From: Minisyncoccota bacterium
Lineage (GTDB): Bacteria > Patescibacteriota > Minisyncoccia > Phycocordibacterales > PALSA-1337
Direction of reading: 5' to 3'
DNA length: 63,588 nucleotides
Assembly (NCBI GenBank): GCA_041671485.1
Contig: JBAZBL010000007.1
Location: forward strand, 1-63,588
The notes beneath the pieces are model-generated. The model made no database searches. It was not told where the DNA came from and worked only from the letters and a program-made list of their open reading frames with translations. The position numbers and the translations under genes were made by a program. Position 1 is the stretch's first letter; each line of letters starts with the position of its first letter. Below are positions 16,974 to 26,910 of this stretch, piece by piece.

Positions 16974-17864
16974 TCACCACCTTCCTCCTGCTCCCCCACC
17001 ACCCGACATACCGCCACCAAATCCGCCGAAGCCTCCACCTCCGAAACCGCCACGTCCTCCTCCAGAACCAAGGAACCACAATCCACCTCCATGACCACCA
17101 GAGCCAGGAGGATTCTTGGATACTATATAGTCAAATATTAGGCCTAGAATGGTAAGTATGATGATAGATATAAGGCCTATTGAGATGAAACCCCATATAA
17201 GTCCAATTATCGTCCCTATAACAGCGCCTATTGCACCACCCAACCACCAAGACTTCGTCTTTCCCAATATTCTAGCAAAAAGATTTAGAAGGATTACCCC
17301 AAAGAAAAATAGACCAAAAAGATTGTCCTCTGAATTGGATCCTCCTGAATTTGTATTTGATTTGTGATCTTCTATATATGCCAATGCATCAGGAGATTTG
17401 TATATAATTCCAGAAAGCATATCTACTGCTTTTACAATCCCACCTGAATAGTCACCTTCCCTGAAAGCAGGTGTCAATATATCTCTTACAATTATACCGG
17501 ACTGCAAGTCTGTAATATCTCCTTCCAGACCATAACCAACTTCTATCTGCATTTCCCTTTCATCCAATGCAATTAGGAGAAGCAAACCATTGTCTTTACC
17601 TTTCTGTCCGAGACCCCAATCTTCAAACAATTTCACAGCATAGTTTTGTCGAGTATCACCACCTAAAGAAGGGATTGTTACGACAGATATTTGTGCACTA
17701 GTAGTATTGTTCAATGATACTAATTTTGATTCAATTGCTTGCTCAATCTCTCTATCAATAATATTTGCAAAATCATTGACAAAACCAGTCGGCTTTCCGG
17801 GACTAACATAAGCTACCGCAATGAGCGGCAACATTATGAATATTGTGATCAGTAATTTACGCAT
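16974..17864 (-). CDS. TPM-domain protein (YgcG-like) with TM segments and a Gly-rich tail
   Basis: Signal peptide, TPM domain (VNDFANII...QISVVTIPSLGG...MQIEVGYGLEG), TM segments, and a GGGFGG tail. Confidence 0.8.
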   Translation of the reverse strand: MRKLLITIFIMLPLIAVAYVSPGKPTGFVNDFANIIDREIEQAIESKLVSLNNTTSAQISVVTIPSLGGDTRQNYAVKLFEDWGLGQKGKDNGLLLLIALDEREMQIEVGYGLEGDITDLQSGIIVRDILTPAFREGDYSGGIVKAVDMLSGIIYKSPDALAYIEDHKSNTNSGGSNSEDNLFGLFFFGVILLNLFARILGKTKSWWLGGAIGAVIGTIIGLIWGFISIGLISIIILTILGLIFDYIVSKNPPGSGGHGGGLWFLGSGGGRGGFGGGGFGGFGGGMSGGGGAGGRW

Positions 17865-17876
17865 AGTTTTATTTTA

Positions 17877-18069
17877 CCCAAGAAGTGCTCTGATTTGAAT
17901 TTCGAGTACTGTTTGAGCGACTACAAATTGCTTGATAAAATGCGTATGTTGTGGGAATTGCTACGATACCGAGACATGAAATGTCGAGGTATCGAGCAAT
18001 TCAATAGCATTTTATCTAGCAATTTGAGGAGTGAGTTACGCAGAAATTCAAATCAGAGCACTTCTTGGG
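17877..18069 (+). repeat. Nested-hairpin structured element, copy B (core oriented on the plus strand)
   Basis: 27-bp perfect closing stem (17877-17903 / 18043-18069). The core shares conserved blocks with copy A, and all helices covary. Confidence 0.75.
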
Positions 18070-18081
18070 CAAAAACAACCT

Positions 18082-18636
18082 TTAAAAATTAACCTTAGGT
18101 GCATTCTCCGCTCCACTGTCTGCTTCAAAATAATTGATATCATCGAAGCCAAACATAGAAGCTATGACTGATTTTGGAAATCTTTTTATCGTTGTCTCAT
18201 ATACGCGAACTCCATCATTGTACCTCTGTCTTGCAACACCTATGCGATTCTCCGTACCTTCTAGTTGTGTCATAAGGTTTTGTACTGTTTCTATTGATTT
18301 CAATGTAGGATAATTTTCCATAACAACCAATAGCCTACCAAATGCAGTCTCTACCTGACCAGCAGCCAAAGCCCTATCACTCGCTGTTTGTGCTCCAGAA
18401 TAACGTGTCCTAGCATCGGCAATAGCAGTGAAGATAGACTCTTCTTGTTTCATTGCTCCTTTTACAGATTCTACAAGGTTTGGGATGAGGTCAAAACGAC
18501 GCTGATAATCTGTTTCAACTTGCTGCCACTGTGCCGTCACACCCTCTTTCATGGAGACTAAACCATTGAATGATGTCCAGACATAGAGAGCAATAATCAA
18601 TACAATAACTCCGATTATTATTAATGTTTTTTTCAT
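18082..18636 (-). CDS. LemA-family protein
   Basis: 184 aa: N-terminal TM and a LemA domain (FNGLV...QRRFDLIPNLV...ENRIGVARQRYN). Confidence 0.9.
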   Translation of the reverse strand: MKKTLIIIGVIVLIIALYVWTSFNGLVSMKEGVTAQWQQVETDYQRRFDLIPNLVESVKGAMKQEESIFTAIADARTRYSGAQTASDRALAAGQVETAFGRLLVVMENYPTLKSIETVQNLMTQLEGTENRIGVARQRYNDGVRVYETTIKRFPKSVIASMFGFDDINYFEADSGAENAPKVNF

Positions 18637-18653
18637 TTTATGTGAGATTAATA

Positions 18654-19343
18654 CTAATTTGAAGGTGAAGCTTTTGTTTCATCTTTACCAGCAGGTCCCT
18701 CTTTGAAGGCAAATGCTTTGACCATATCTGTAAAAGCAACTTCTGTAGAGCTTATAATAGCTTTATTGTTGTTTGCTGCTTGTGTTGCTTCAGATCCTGT
18801 CAACTTTTTGCTAGCAGCAGAAAGAGAAATTGAAGCAAATGAGAACATATAGCATATACCTCCCTTTTGAAGTGAATACATGCGATTGTAGTATTCTCTG
18901 CCTTGAACAGTGTTTGACATAGATATAGTATTGAATGTCATATCACCAGACTTTAGTACATTACGATCTTTGATAGTTGTGATCGGTGGGAAAGCACATA
19001 CACTAGACAATACCTGAACATTTGCCTGCAATGTTGCAACTGTTGAAACCTGATTCTTATCGATCGGAATAACAAAATTCACACCAGAATTTGTCTCTTC
19101 TCTTTCCCAAGCACTAGGATATTTGAGAGCAAAGCCCAATTCAGCATTTTGATATTCTGAAAGAGTATTGGAGACTTTTGTAGTCTCGGAAACTAGGACA
19201 GTAGAAGTTCCCACTGCTTCATCACCAACAGAAGTAACTTTATTATCAACTTTTGGAGAACCTCCAATAGAGACAATGGCGATAACTACGATTATAGCGA
19301 GGATTGTCACTACTATCGCAGTTGATGTTTTACCTGAATTCAT
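18654..19343 (-). CDS. Hypothetical membrane-anchored protein
   Basis: 229 aa with an N-terminal TM anchor; no family recognised. Confidence 0.5.
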   Translation of the reverse strand: MNSGKTSTAIVVTILAIIVVIAIVSIGGSPKVDNKVTSVGDEAVGTSTVLVSETTKVSNTLSEYQNAELGFALKYPSAWEREETNSGVNFVIPIDKNQVSTVATLQANVQVLSSVCAFPPITTIKDRNVLKSGDMTFNTISMSNTVQGREYYNRMYSLQKGGICYMFSFASISLSAASKKLTGSEATQAANNNKAIISSTEVAFTDMVKAFAFKEGPAGKDETKASPSN

Positions 19344-19429
19344 ATTATTTTATAAATTGATTTTTAATCATAACTAATAAATTACGACATATTCAATATA
19401 ACACAAGACTATTTGTATGTACAATCAGT

Positions 19430-21079
<1,650 letters not shown>

Positions 21080-21388
21080 TTATTTGATAATCGCAAGTAT
21101 TTCACTCTCTCTCACTATATAATATTCCTCTTCTCCGACCTTGACCTTATCGCCCCATTGGAAAAGGACTTTATTGCCAACTTTGACAGAAATTGGAACG
21201 AGTCTACCATCTTCTATCTTGCCTGGACCAACTGCTATTACTTCACCACTCTTTGAACCTTTATCTTCATTTGTTGTTATAGGGATGATGATACCAGCGG
21301 AAGTTTTGCGCTCTTTGGAATCATTATCTTCTCTTACGAGTATACGATCTTGCAGTGGTTGTAATTTTATCTTTATTTCTTTTTTCAT
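21080..21388 (-). CDS. groS: Co-chaperonin GroES
   Basis: 102 aa, GroES fold signature (LQPLQDRILV...GEVIAVGPG). Confidence 0.95.
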   Translation of the reverse strand: MKKEIKIKLQPLQDRILVREDNDSKERKTSAGIIIPITTNEDKGSKSGEVIAVGPGKIEDGRLVPISVKVGNKVLFQWGDKVKVGEEEYYIVRESEILAIIK

Positions 21389-21433
21389 ATTTTATCTTTA
21401 CTTTATTGATAATAATGGGTATTAATAATCATA

Positions 21434-21461
21434 ATTATAGCCAAAAATCTATTTTTAGCAA
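21434..21461 (-). promoter_or_regulatory. groES-groEL promoter
   Basis: Minus strand TTGCTA-N16-TATAAT, about 45 nt upstream of the groES ATG. Confidence 0.55.
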
Positions 21462-21541
21462 CTTGACAAACGGCCGACTCTAATGGACGGTCAAGTAGAC
21501 ATGATGAAGAATAATCGACAATATTCTTGGTGTGGTTAAAT

Positions 21542-23614
21542 CTATAATTTGTGCCTAGCTCTATATTTTAATAATGAATCTGGGTTATTATAACTAGCAA
21601 TATCCTCATAACAATATCCATCCCTTTCTATTCCATTTGATGCTTTAATATTGATTGGGGTTAGTTTTAATTCATCAATAATCCGTTTTATGACTGTCCT
21701 ACTTTGCTTCACCTTTTCACCTATCGCGCGTTCTGATCCATAATGTTTACCCGACTCATCAATATAGAAATCTTTCCATTCTCCGGTCTTGAACACAAAT
21801 TTTCCTTCAAAAAAATCTCTGAGCAGATTCTGGAATCTGAAGTCATTTTTTAAAGCCTCTATGCAAAATACTTCGACCCTAGAATTATTTAGATTACGAA
21901 CAATTAATCTTTCAGTAACATCTTCCAAGTATTTGCTTATAGCACTTTTAGGAAGATTAAACTTCTTACACAAAACTTTTTCAGTTGTCCAGTGATTACT
22001 GTTTTTATCTACATAATATCCAGCCCACTCTCCGCTCTTTTCAACTTGAGGAAAAGAAAGATAGCCTTTCACTTCTTCTAGCATTAATAAATTCTCATAA
22101 CAATAACAATTGTCAACTCTTCCTGTTAAATCTCTAAGGCTTCTGCACACGACTTTATTTCTCGTAATAAACTTATTCAATGTATTCTCACGAAAGTTAA
22201 ATTTGGTTACAAGATTGTGTACATTAGCCCAGTGTTTCCCATTCTCGTCTATCCAAAATCCTTTCCATTCACCTTCAGAGATGACTTTAGGTAATTCTAT
22301 AAATTGTTTTACTATTTCTAAAGAAGCTAACTCTTCATAGCAATAAGCTTTAGTCCGTCTGTTTGATAAATCTCTCATCTCTATCCCCGATATATTTTTT
22401 TCAGATATACCTCTTTGAATCACAGACACGTGTACTCCTAATTTTGCTGATAGAACAGACAACGGTGCCAAATGTTTTCCATTAATTTCTGTATAAAAAC
22501 CTCTCCACTCTCCAGAGAGTTCTGATTTAGGTATTTTTTCGATAAAATCTTTTATGTAGTCCATTTGTAATACTTCCTCATAACAGTATGCCTCACATCT
22601 TCTATTCATTCCAGCTAGAATCGTCTTGGTTGAAAAGTCTTTAATTACCTTAAATAAACCTTGTTTGGCAATACCAATTTTTCTAGCAATAGCTGTAAAC
22701 GAAGCCCAGTGTTTCTCATTCTCGTCGGTCCAAAATCCTTTCCATGGATCAAATTCCGATGAGGAACTTTTTGGAAAGTCAAAATCTTGTTCCATTGTGT
22801 TCTGTTCTCTTTCTTCGACAGTCCTAGTACTTTCTACACTACTAGATAAGAGTTCACTTATATTTTCACGCCAATACTTTGTTTGAATAATTCTTCGACC
22901 AATATCTGGGAATTCTTTTATAAGATCGCTTCTTTCTTGCTTGGTCATTATATCCAATCTATCAAGAGCCAGACCCTGTTCTTCTAATTTACGAACATCA
23001 AAAATATAGCTGGCATTTCCTTCTTCCTCGCACACATATACCACCCTATTTAAAGGTTTTATTTCCACTCTAAAGTATGGCGTTTGTCTCATCATTTCTT
23101 CTGTTACTTGCCCTTGAATAAGATTGACTTGATCTCTAGAAATGCTGAAATCAGTTTCAAGAATATATAGAAGGGTAGTTAATCTTGGTATTAGTTTCTT
23201 TTTTTCAAAAGTCTCTTCTCCACTTGTTGGGACAGATTCTAAAGTGTCTGGAGGTGTAATAACATTATTTGTAAATTTTAATCTTTCATTAATAAACACC
23301 TCTATAGATTTAATCTGATCTATCTTTCTCTGTGCCCTATCTAGTAACTCACCTATATTTGGTAGACTATAATATATATAAGCCTCGTCTTCAAACTCCC
23401 TTATGGTTTTGTTGCTTTCAATCTTTTTCTTGTATCTTTGAATCACATCTTCTGTAAAAACAACAAGCTGATTTAAGGCGTCATTTGCAAATGTGTTTAT
23501 ATTTTCAACAGTTAAAGGAGCTTCGAGAATTGATGATAGACGAGCTTGAAGCTCTTTATTTTCCTCATATCTCAATCTGTTCTCGGTAGAAAAAGAAGGA
23601 TTTTCTGATGACAT
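21542..23614 (-). CDS. Hypothetical 690-aa protein with five tandem ~70-aa modules (W-x-G-F/Y-W/Y ... G-K-H-W ... C-Y-E)
   Basis: Internal repeats are visible in the translation, starting at WKGFWTDENEKHW, WRGFYTEINGKHL, WKGFWIDENGKHW, WAGYYVDKNSNHW and WKDFYIDESGKHY. Confidence 0.6.
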   Translation of the reverse strand: MSSENPSFSTENRLRYEENKELQARLSSILEAPLTVENINTFANDALNQLVVFTEDVIQRYKKKIESNKTIREFEDEAYIYYSLPNIGELLDRAQRKIDQIKSIEVFINERLKFTNNVITPPDTLESVPTSGEETFEKKKLIPRLTTLLYILETDFSISRDQVNLIQGQVTEEMMRQTPYFRVEIKPLNRVVYVCEEEGNASYIFDVRKLEEQGLALDRLDIMTKQERSDLIKEFPDIGRRIIQTKYWRENISELLSSSVESTRTVEEREQNTMEQDFDFPKSSSSEFDPWKGFWTDENEKHWASFTAIARKIGIAKQGLFKVIKDFSTKTILAGMNRRCEAYCYEEVLQMDYIKDFIEKIPKSELSGEWRGFYTEINGKHLAPLSVLSAKLGVHVSVIQRGISEKNISGIEMRDLSNRRTKAYCYEELASLEIVKQFIELPKVISEGEWKGFWIDENGKHWANVHNLVTKFNFRENTLNKFITRNKVVCRSLRDLTGRVDNCYCYENLLMLEEVKGYLSFPQVEKSGEWAGYYVDKNSNHWTTEKVLCKKFNLPKSAISKYLEDVTERLIVRNLNNSRVEVFCIEALKNDFRFQNLLRDFFEGKFVFKTGEWKDFYIDESGKHYGSERAIGEKVKQSRTVIKRIIDELKLTPINIKASNGIERDGYCYEDIASYNNPDSLLKYRARHKL

Positions 23615-23682
23615 ATTCTCATATTAACAGAATTTTCCAAAAGATTAAACCCTACTGCTTCTGTGAAGAGTACCCAATAAAG

Positions 23683-23734
23683 TATTTTATAAAGATTTTA
23701 TCGTTTCTTCAGCAAAACTTTATCAGGATTTTAT
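23683..23734 (+). promoter_or_regulatory. Array of ATTTTAT(C/A)-type direct repeats with 11-bp phasing in a divergent promoter region
   Basis: Sites start at 23683, 23694, 23716 and 23727 (spacings 11/22/11). A 35-nt block is near-identical to 55518-55552. Confidence 0.6.
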
Positions 23735-23756
23735 CTCGATATGATACGGTAGCAGA

Positions 23757-24125
23757 ATGCAAGAAAATGATTACCAAATATCTTCTAATAATATAAGAAA
23801 ATACTACTACAGCATTGGATCAGTTTTTAGTCCTGCACTAAAACAAATAGTTATATTTAATCATTATGGATTGAGACATTTGTTTGGTAACAGAAATGGA
23901 GTAAGATCAAAAAAAGAAATACTGCATAGATATAATTTACTAAAATATACCGAGATAATATTATCAAACGTTAAAGAAATATCTGGAACAAGAAAACTTA
24001 TGGGACGAAAATCAATAATGGAGTTTTTTTCTATAGAAAGATATATAGATGATAAGAAAGTAAGACTTATAATAAGAAGGCTAAACAAGGGAGTTTTACA
24101 CTTTTACAGTATTATGAATACATAA
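23757..24125 (+). CDS. Hypothetical 122-aa protein
   Basis: ORF immediately downstream of the repeat array and a TATGAT -10. Contains an R-x6-H stretch (RSKKEILH). No family recognised. Confidence 0.45.
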   Translation: MQENDYQISSNNIRKYYYSIGSVFSPALKQIVIFNHYGLRHLFGNRNGVRSKKEILHRYNLLKYTEIILSNVKEISGTRKLMGRKSIMEFFSIERYIDDKKVRLIIRRLNKGVLHFYSIMNT

Positions 24126-24384
24126 ACGAAAATACCCTTCTAAAAGAGTATTTTCGAGTTCTCGCCACCGACTATAATGTCGAACGAATCAGCTTGGAGA
24201 ATACTCCAATGACCGCGAGATTCGTAACTGCTAGACATAGTAGCAAGATTAGGATATTTGTCAATAATAATGACCAAGTTCACATACATATGACTAACCT
24301 CACAGTTTGTGCTTGACTTCCTATAATTCTTTTGTTATCTTTATTATGTTATTCACAAATCGTCACACTTCGTGGCAATTTGCA

Positions 24385-24428
24385 CCAAAAGAGCGTGTCC
24401 TAGGTCTAGGGCCCGCTCTTTTGGTTTT
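24385..24428 (+). terminator. Orphan rho-independent terminator in a 527-nt non-coding gap
   Basis: ccaaaagagcg-N18-cgctcttttgg followed by TTTT. Confidence 0.65.
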
Positions 24429-24615
24429 CTACCAGATTTTATAGAGGTATTTCTTATCAATCACTTTTCGGGATAATACCCATTTTTTACCTTAGTTTAA
24501 AAAAGGATATTTAGACAAAAGGAAAACGCCACACAAGTTGGCGTTTTCTAATGACTCTAATAGTATAGACGACCTAGATTAAAAGTCAATAGCAAATTGT
24601 TGATAACATATACAG

Positions 24616-24646
24616 AAAAGACCCATATTTCATGGGCCTTTTTGTT
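24616..24646 (-). terminator. Terminator of CDS 24653..25120
   Basis: Minus strand aggccca-tgaaata-tgggtct followed by ttt. Its G-U wobble is valid only on the minus strand. Confidence 0.55.
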
Positions 24647-24652
24647 GTGGAT

Positions 24653-25120
24653 TTAACAAAACGAAAGACCAGAAGCACAAGGGTTAATTTGATATATTAC
24701 GAACGGATATAGCACTGTTAAAGCAATGGCAGTTGCTATGAAACAGATGATAAATACGACATATCTCTTTTTTATTCGAAGAAAAACCCGATAGTAGACA
24801 TAAGCTAACCCAATAAAGATGATCCAAAAAATAGTGGTCATAATTCTAAAGATTGGTTTTACCGAGGCCACTTTTTCATTCTGCTGTAAAGTGTAGCCTA
24901 AAGAATTACAATATTTCGATGCAGAGTCTTTCATATCTTCGAATCTAACATTTGCACTACGCCAGCCGTTTATTATTTCTTCTTTTGCGTTAGGTGAATA
25001 CCATTGGCACTCTTTTAGATTATCATTAATCAATAATTCTGGAGCGAGAGCTGCCTGTGCTTGAGAAACAGTACCTGTAAGGATAAGTGAGAGTAGAACA
25101 AGGATGAAATACTTTTTCAT
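24653..25120 (-). CDS. Hypothetical secreted/membrane protein
   Basis: 155 aa with a signal peptide and 2 C-terminal TM segments. Confidence 0.5.
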   Translation of the reverse strand: MKKYFILVLLSLILTGTVSQAQAALAPELLINDNLKECQWYSPNAKEEIINGWRSANVRFEDMKDSASKYCNSLGYTLQQNEKVASVKPIFRIMTTIFWIIFIGLAYVYYRVFLRIKKRYVVFIICFIATAIALTVLYPFVIYQINPCASGLSFC

Positions 25121-25140
25121 GTTTTTATAATATAATTTGA

Positions 25141-26175
25141 TTATGAAGTAATGGTAAATAATTCTACAAATTTATCATAGGCAGGTAGATACTCGGCTTT
25201 CAGTAGGTCAATTCTGATATCGTATCCATTCCAATTACTAATAGTTACGCGTTCGACACTTTTTCCATCTGTAGATGTTACAGTCTGTCTCATAGCAGAT
25301 GAGTATGTCCACACTTTTGTTTTGAGATCCTTTTTGTTTATGTTTATCTCTGTCCCTCCACCAGTATTTTTTTGTTGATTATCTACATAACCAGTCTGAT
25401 AATAGGTTACACTAATAATTGGTTCAAAATTAGTTGACGACAATTCATGTCCAAAATCATATTCAGTGAATCTACTATCCGTTGAGATTGGTCTTACTGT
25501 CCATGAACTATTTTCAGGGTAAACAGCTGAATACAGAGCGTTTGATGATGAAAAAGTTTTATTCCATACCGGATTTATGATTGTACCATTTGACGTTACA
25601 TCCAGATCAATTCCCACAGGTCCTCCGATCTGTGGGCGACTATTGTCGCCGCCATTTATTGAACCACTTATGTGGTAGTAGCCTATCTTTGTTGGCCTTA
25701 CAGTCACTTTAAAACTCTGTTGCTGTCCATACTTTAGATCACCCCTCCATTCAGTATTACCACTAACAACTTGTATTTCTTTAGGCAAATTTATACTTAC
25801 GCTAACAGCTGCATCTGATCTTGATACAAATCGAAATTCGAGAACCGCTGGTTTGTTTAATAACGGCTCATCTATAAAGCAGAGTTTCCCTACAAATAGT
25901 GGTTGCTGAGTCATTGCGTTTGCAACCGAAGCTCCGAAAAGATTATTGAACGCTGATTGATTACCAAGAACTCCAGGACATTTAAGGGTATATGTCTGAT
26001 CAGGTTGTTCCGGAGGAAACGGATAAAATGCTCCTTTTATAAATATATAGACCACAATCACTACAATAAGCACTACGACGATTATTAATAATGGCACAAC
26101 AAAACCTTTTTGAGAGTTTTTCATATGTGGAATACTATACCACAAGTTAGTCAAATGTGGTATGCTTAAAACCAT
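25141..26175 (-). CDS. Hypothetical membrane-anchored extracytoplasmic protein
   Basis: 344-aa ORF. The likely true start is MKNSQKG at 26121, followed by a TM anchor. Confidence 0.5.
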   Translation of the reverse strand: MVLSIPHLTNLWYSIPHMKNSQKGFVVPLLIIVVVLIVVIVVYIFIKGAFYPFPPEQPDQTYTLKCPGVLGNQSAFNNLFGASVANAMTQQPLFVGKLCFIDEPLLNKPAVLEFRFVSRSDAAVSVSINLPKEIQVVSGNTEWRGDLKYGQQQSFKVTVRPTKIGYYHISGSINGGDNSRPQIGGPVGIDLDVTSNGTIINPVWNKTFSSSNALYSAVYPENSSWTVRPISTDSRFTEYDFGHELSSTNFEPIISVTYYQTGYVDNQQKNTGGGTEININKKDLKTKVWTYSSAMRQTVTSTDGKSVERVTISNWNGYDIRIDLLKAEYLPAYDKFVELFTITS

Positions 26176-26575
26176 GAAAAAGAAAATACTAATCTCGCTC
26201 CTAGGAGTACTCGTAATTATAATTTTATGTGTAATAGCTTTATTCTTATATGTTAATCAAGTAGAGAATATGACTATCCAAACAGGTAAGTATTTTGATG
26301 AGACCGGAAAAGAGCTGGGTATTTGTAAAATAGAGAGAAAGTTAATGAAATTGGCAGATGTTCCCAAGGCTACTACATATTATTTTACTTCCACTGGGGA
26401 ATCAGTCGGTTTCTGTAAAGGAGATAGTACTGGTTCCTCAATTTCGTCATCGGGTCCTGCCAACCCTATTTGTTCTCCTGTGAGCTTACAAAAATTGACT
26501 GATAGCAAATTGTATCCTTACCTTACTCCCGGTCAAGCTGTAACTGCTAAATATCGATGTATCATATACAAGTAG
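26162..26575 (+). CDS. Hypothetical membrane-anchored protein
   Basis: 137 aa with an N-terminal TM, divergent from the previous gene. Confidence 0.45.
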   Translation: MLKTMKKKILISLLGVLVIIILCVIALFLYVNQVENMTIQTGKYFDETGKELGICKIERKLMKLADVPKATTYYFTSTGESVGFCKGDSTGSSISSSGPANPICSPVSLQKLTDSKLYPYLTPGQAVTAKYRCIIYK

Positions 26576-26653
26576 ATTTCAGAATAAGATACGACCAACA
26601 AGCTTTGACTGTATTGCACCCCAAAGACATATGTGTTAGCATTGTTCTTGTAA

Positions 26654-26875
26654 ATGAAATCCCTTCTTCCCTATATACAGATCATACTTTCTGTTATACT
26701 AGTAAGCGCTATACTCCTCCAAAGAACAGGTTCACAAGTAGGTGGTGCTTTTGGTGGCGGTGACAACCTAAGTAGTGCACATCATACTAGGAGAGGTATG
26801 GAAAAATGGTTATTTAGAATCACAATAGTCGTAGCGATACTGTTTGCATTATCTGCTCTCATTAGTTTGATATAG
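26654..26875 (+). CDS. secG: Preprotein translocase subunit SecG
   Basis: 73 aa: two TM segments flanking the Gly-rich loop LLQRTGSQVGGAFGGG. Confidence 0.8.
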   Translation: MKSLLPYIQIILSVILVSAILLQRTGSQVGGAFGGGDNLSSAHHTRRGMEKWLFRITIVVAILFALSALISLI

Positions 26876-26910
26876 TTTCCAATTTGCATTTCAAAATAAA
26901 GTAAAAGACT

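Noticed and set aside
24185-24200. 13-nt match agcttggagaata between 24188 and the arm of element C (10916)
   Set aside because: Exact 13-mers are expected by chance many times when comparing both strands of a 63-kb window, and there is no extended similarity around it.
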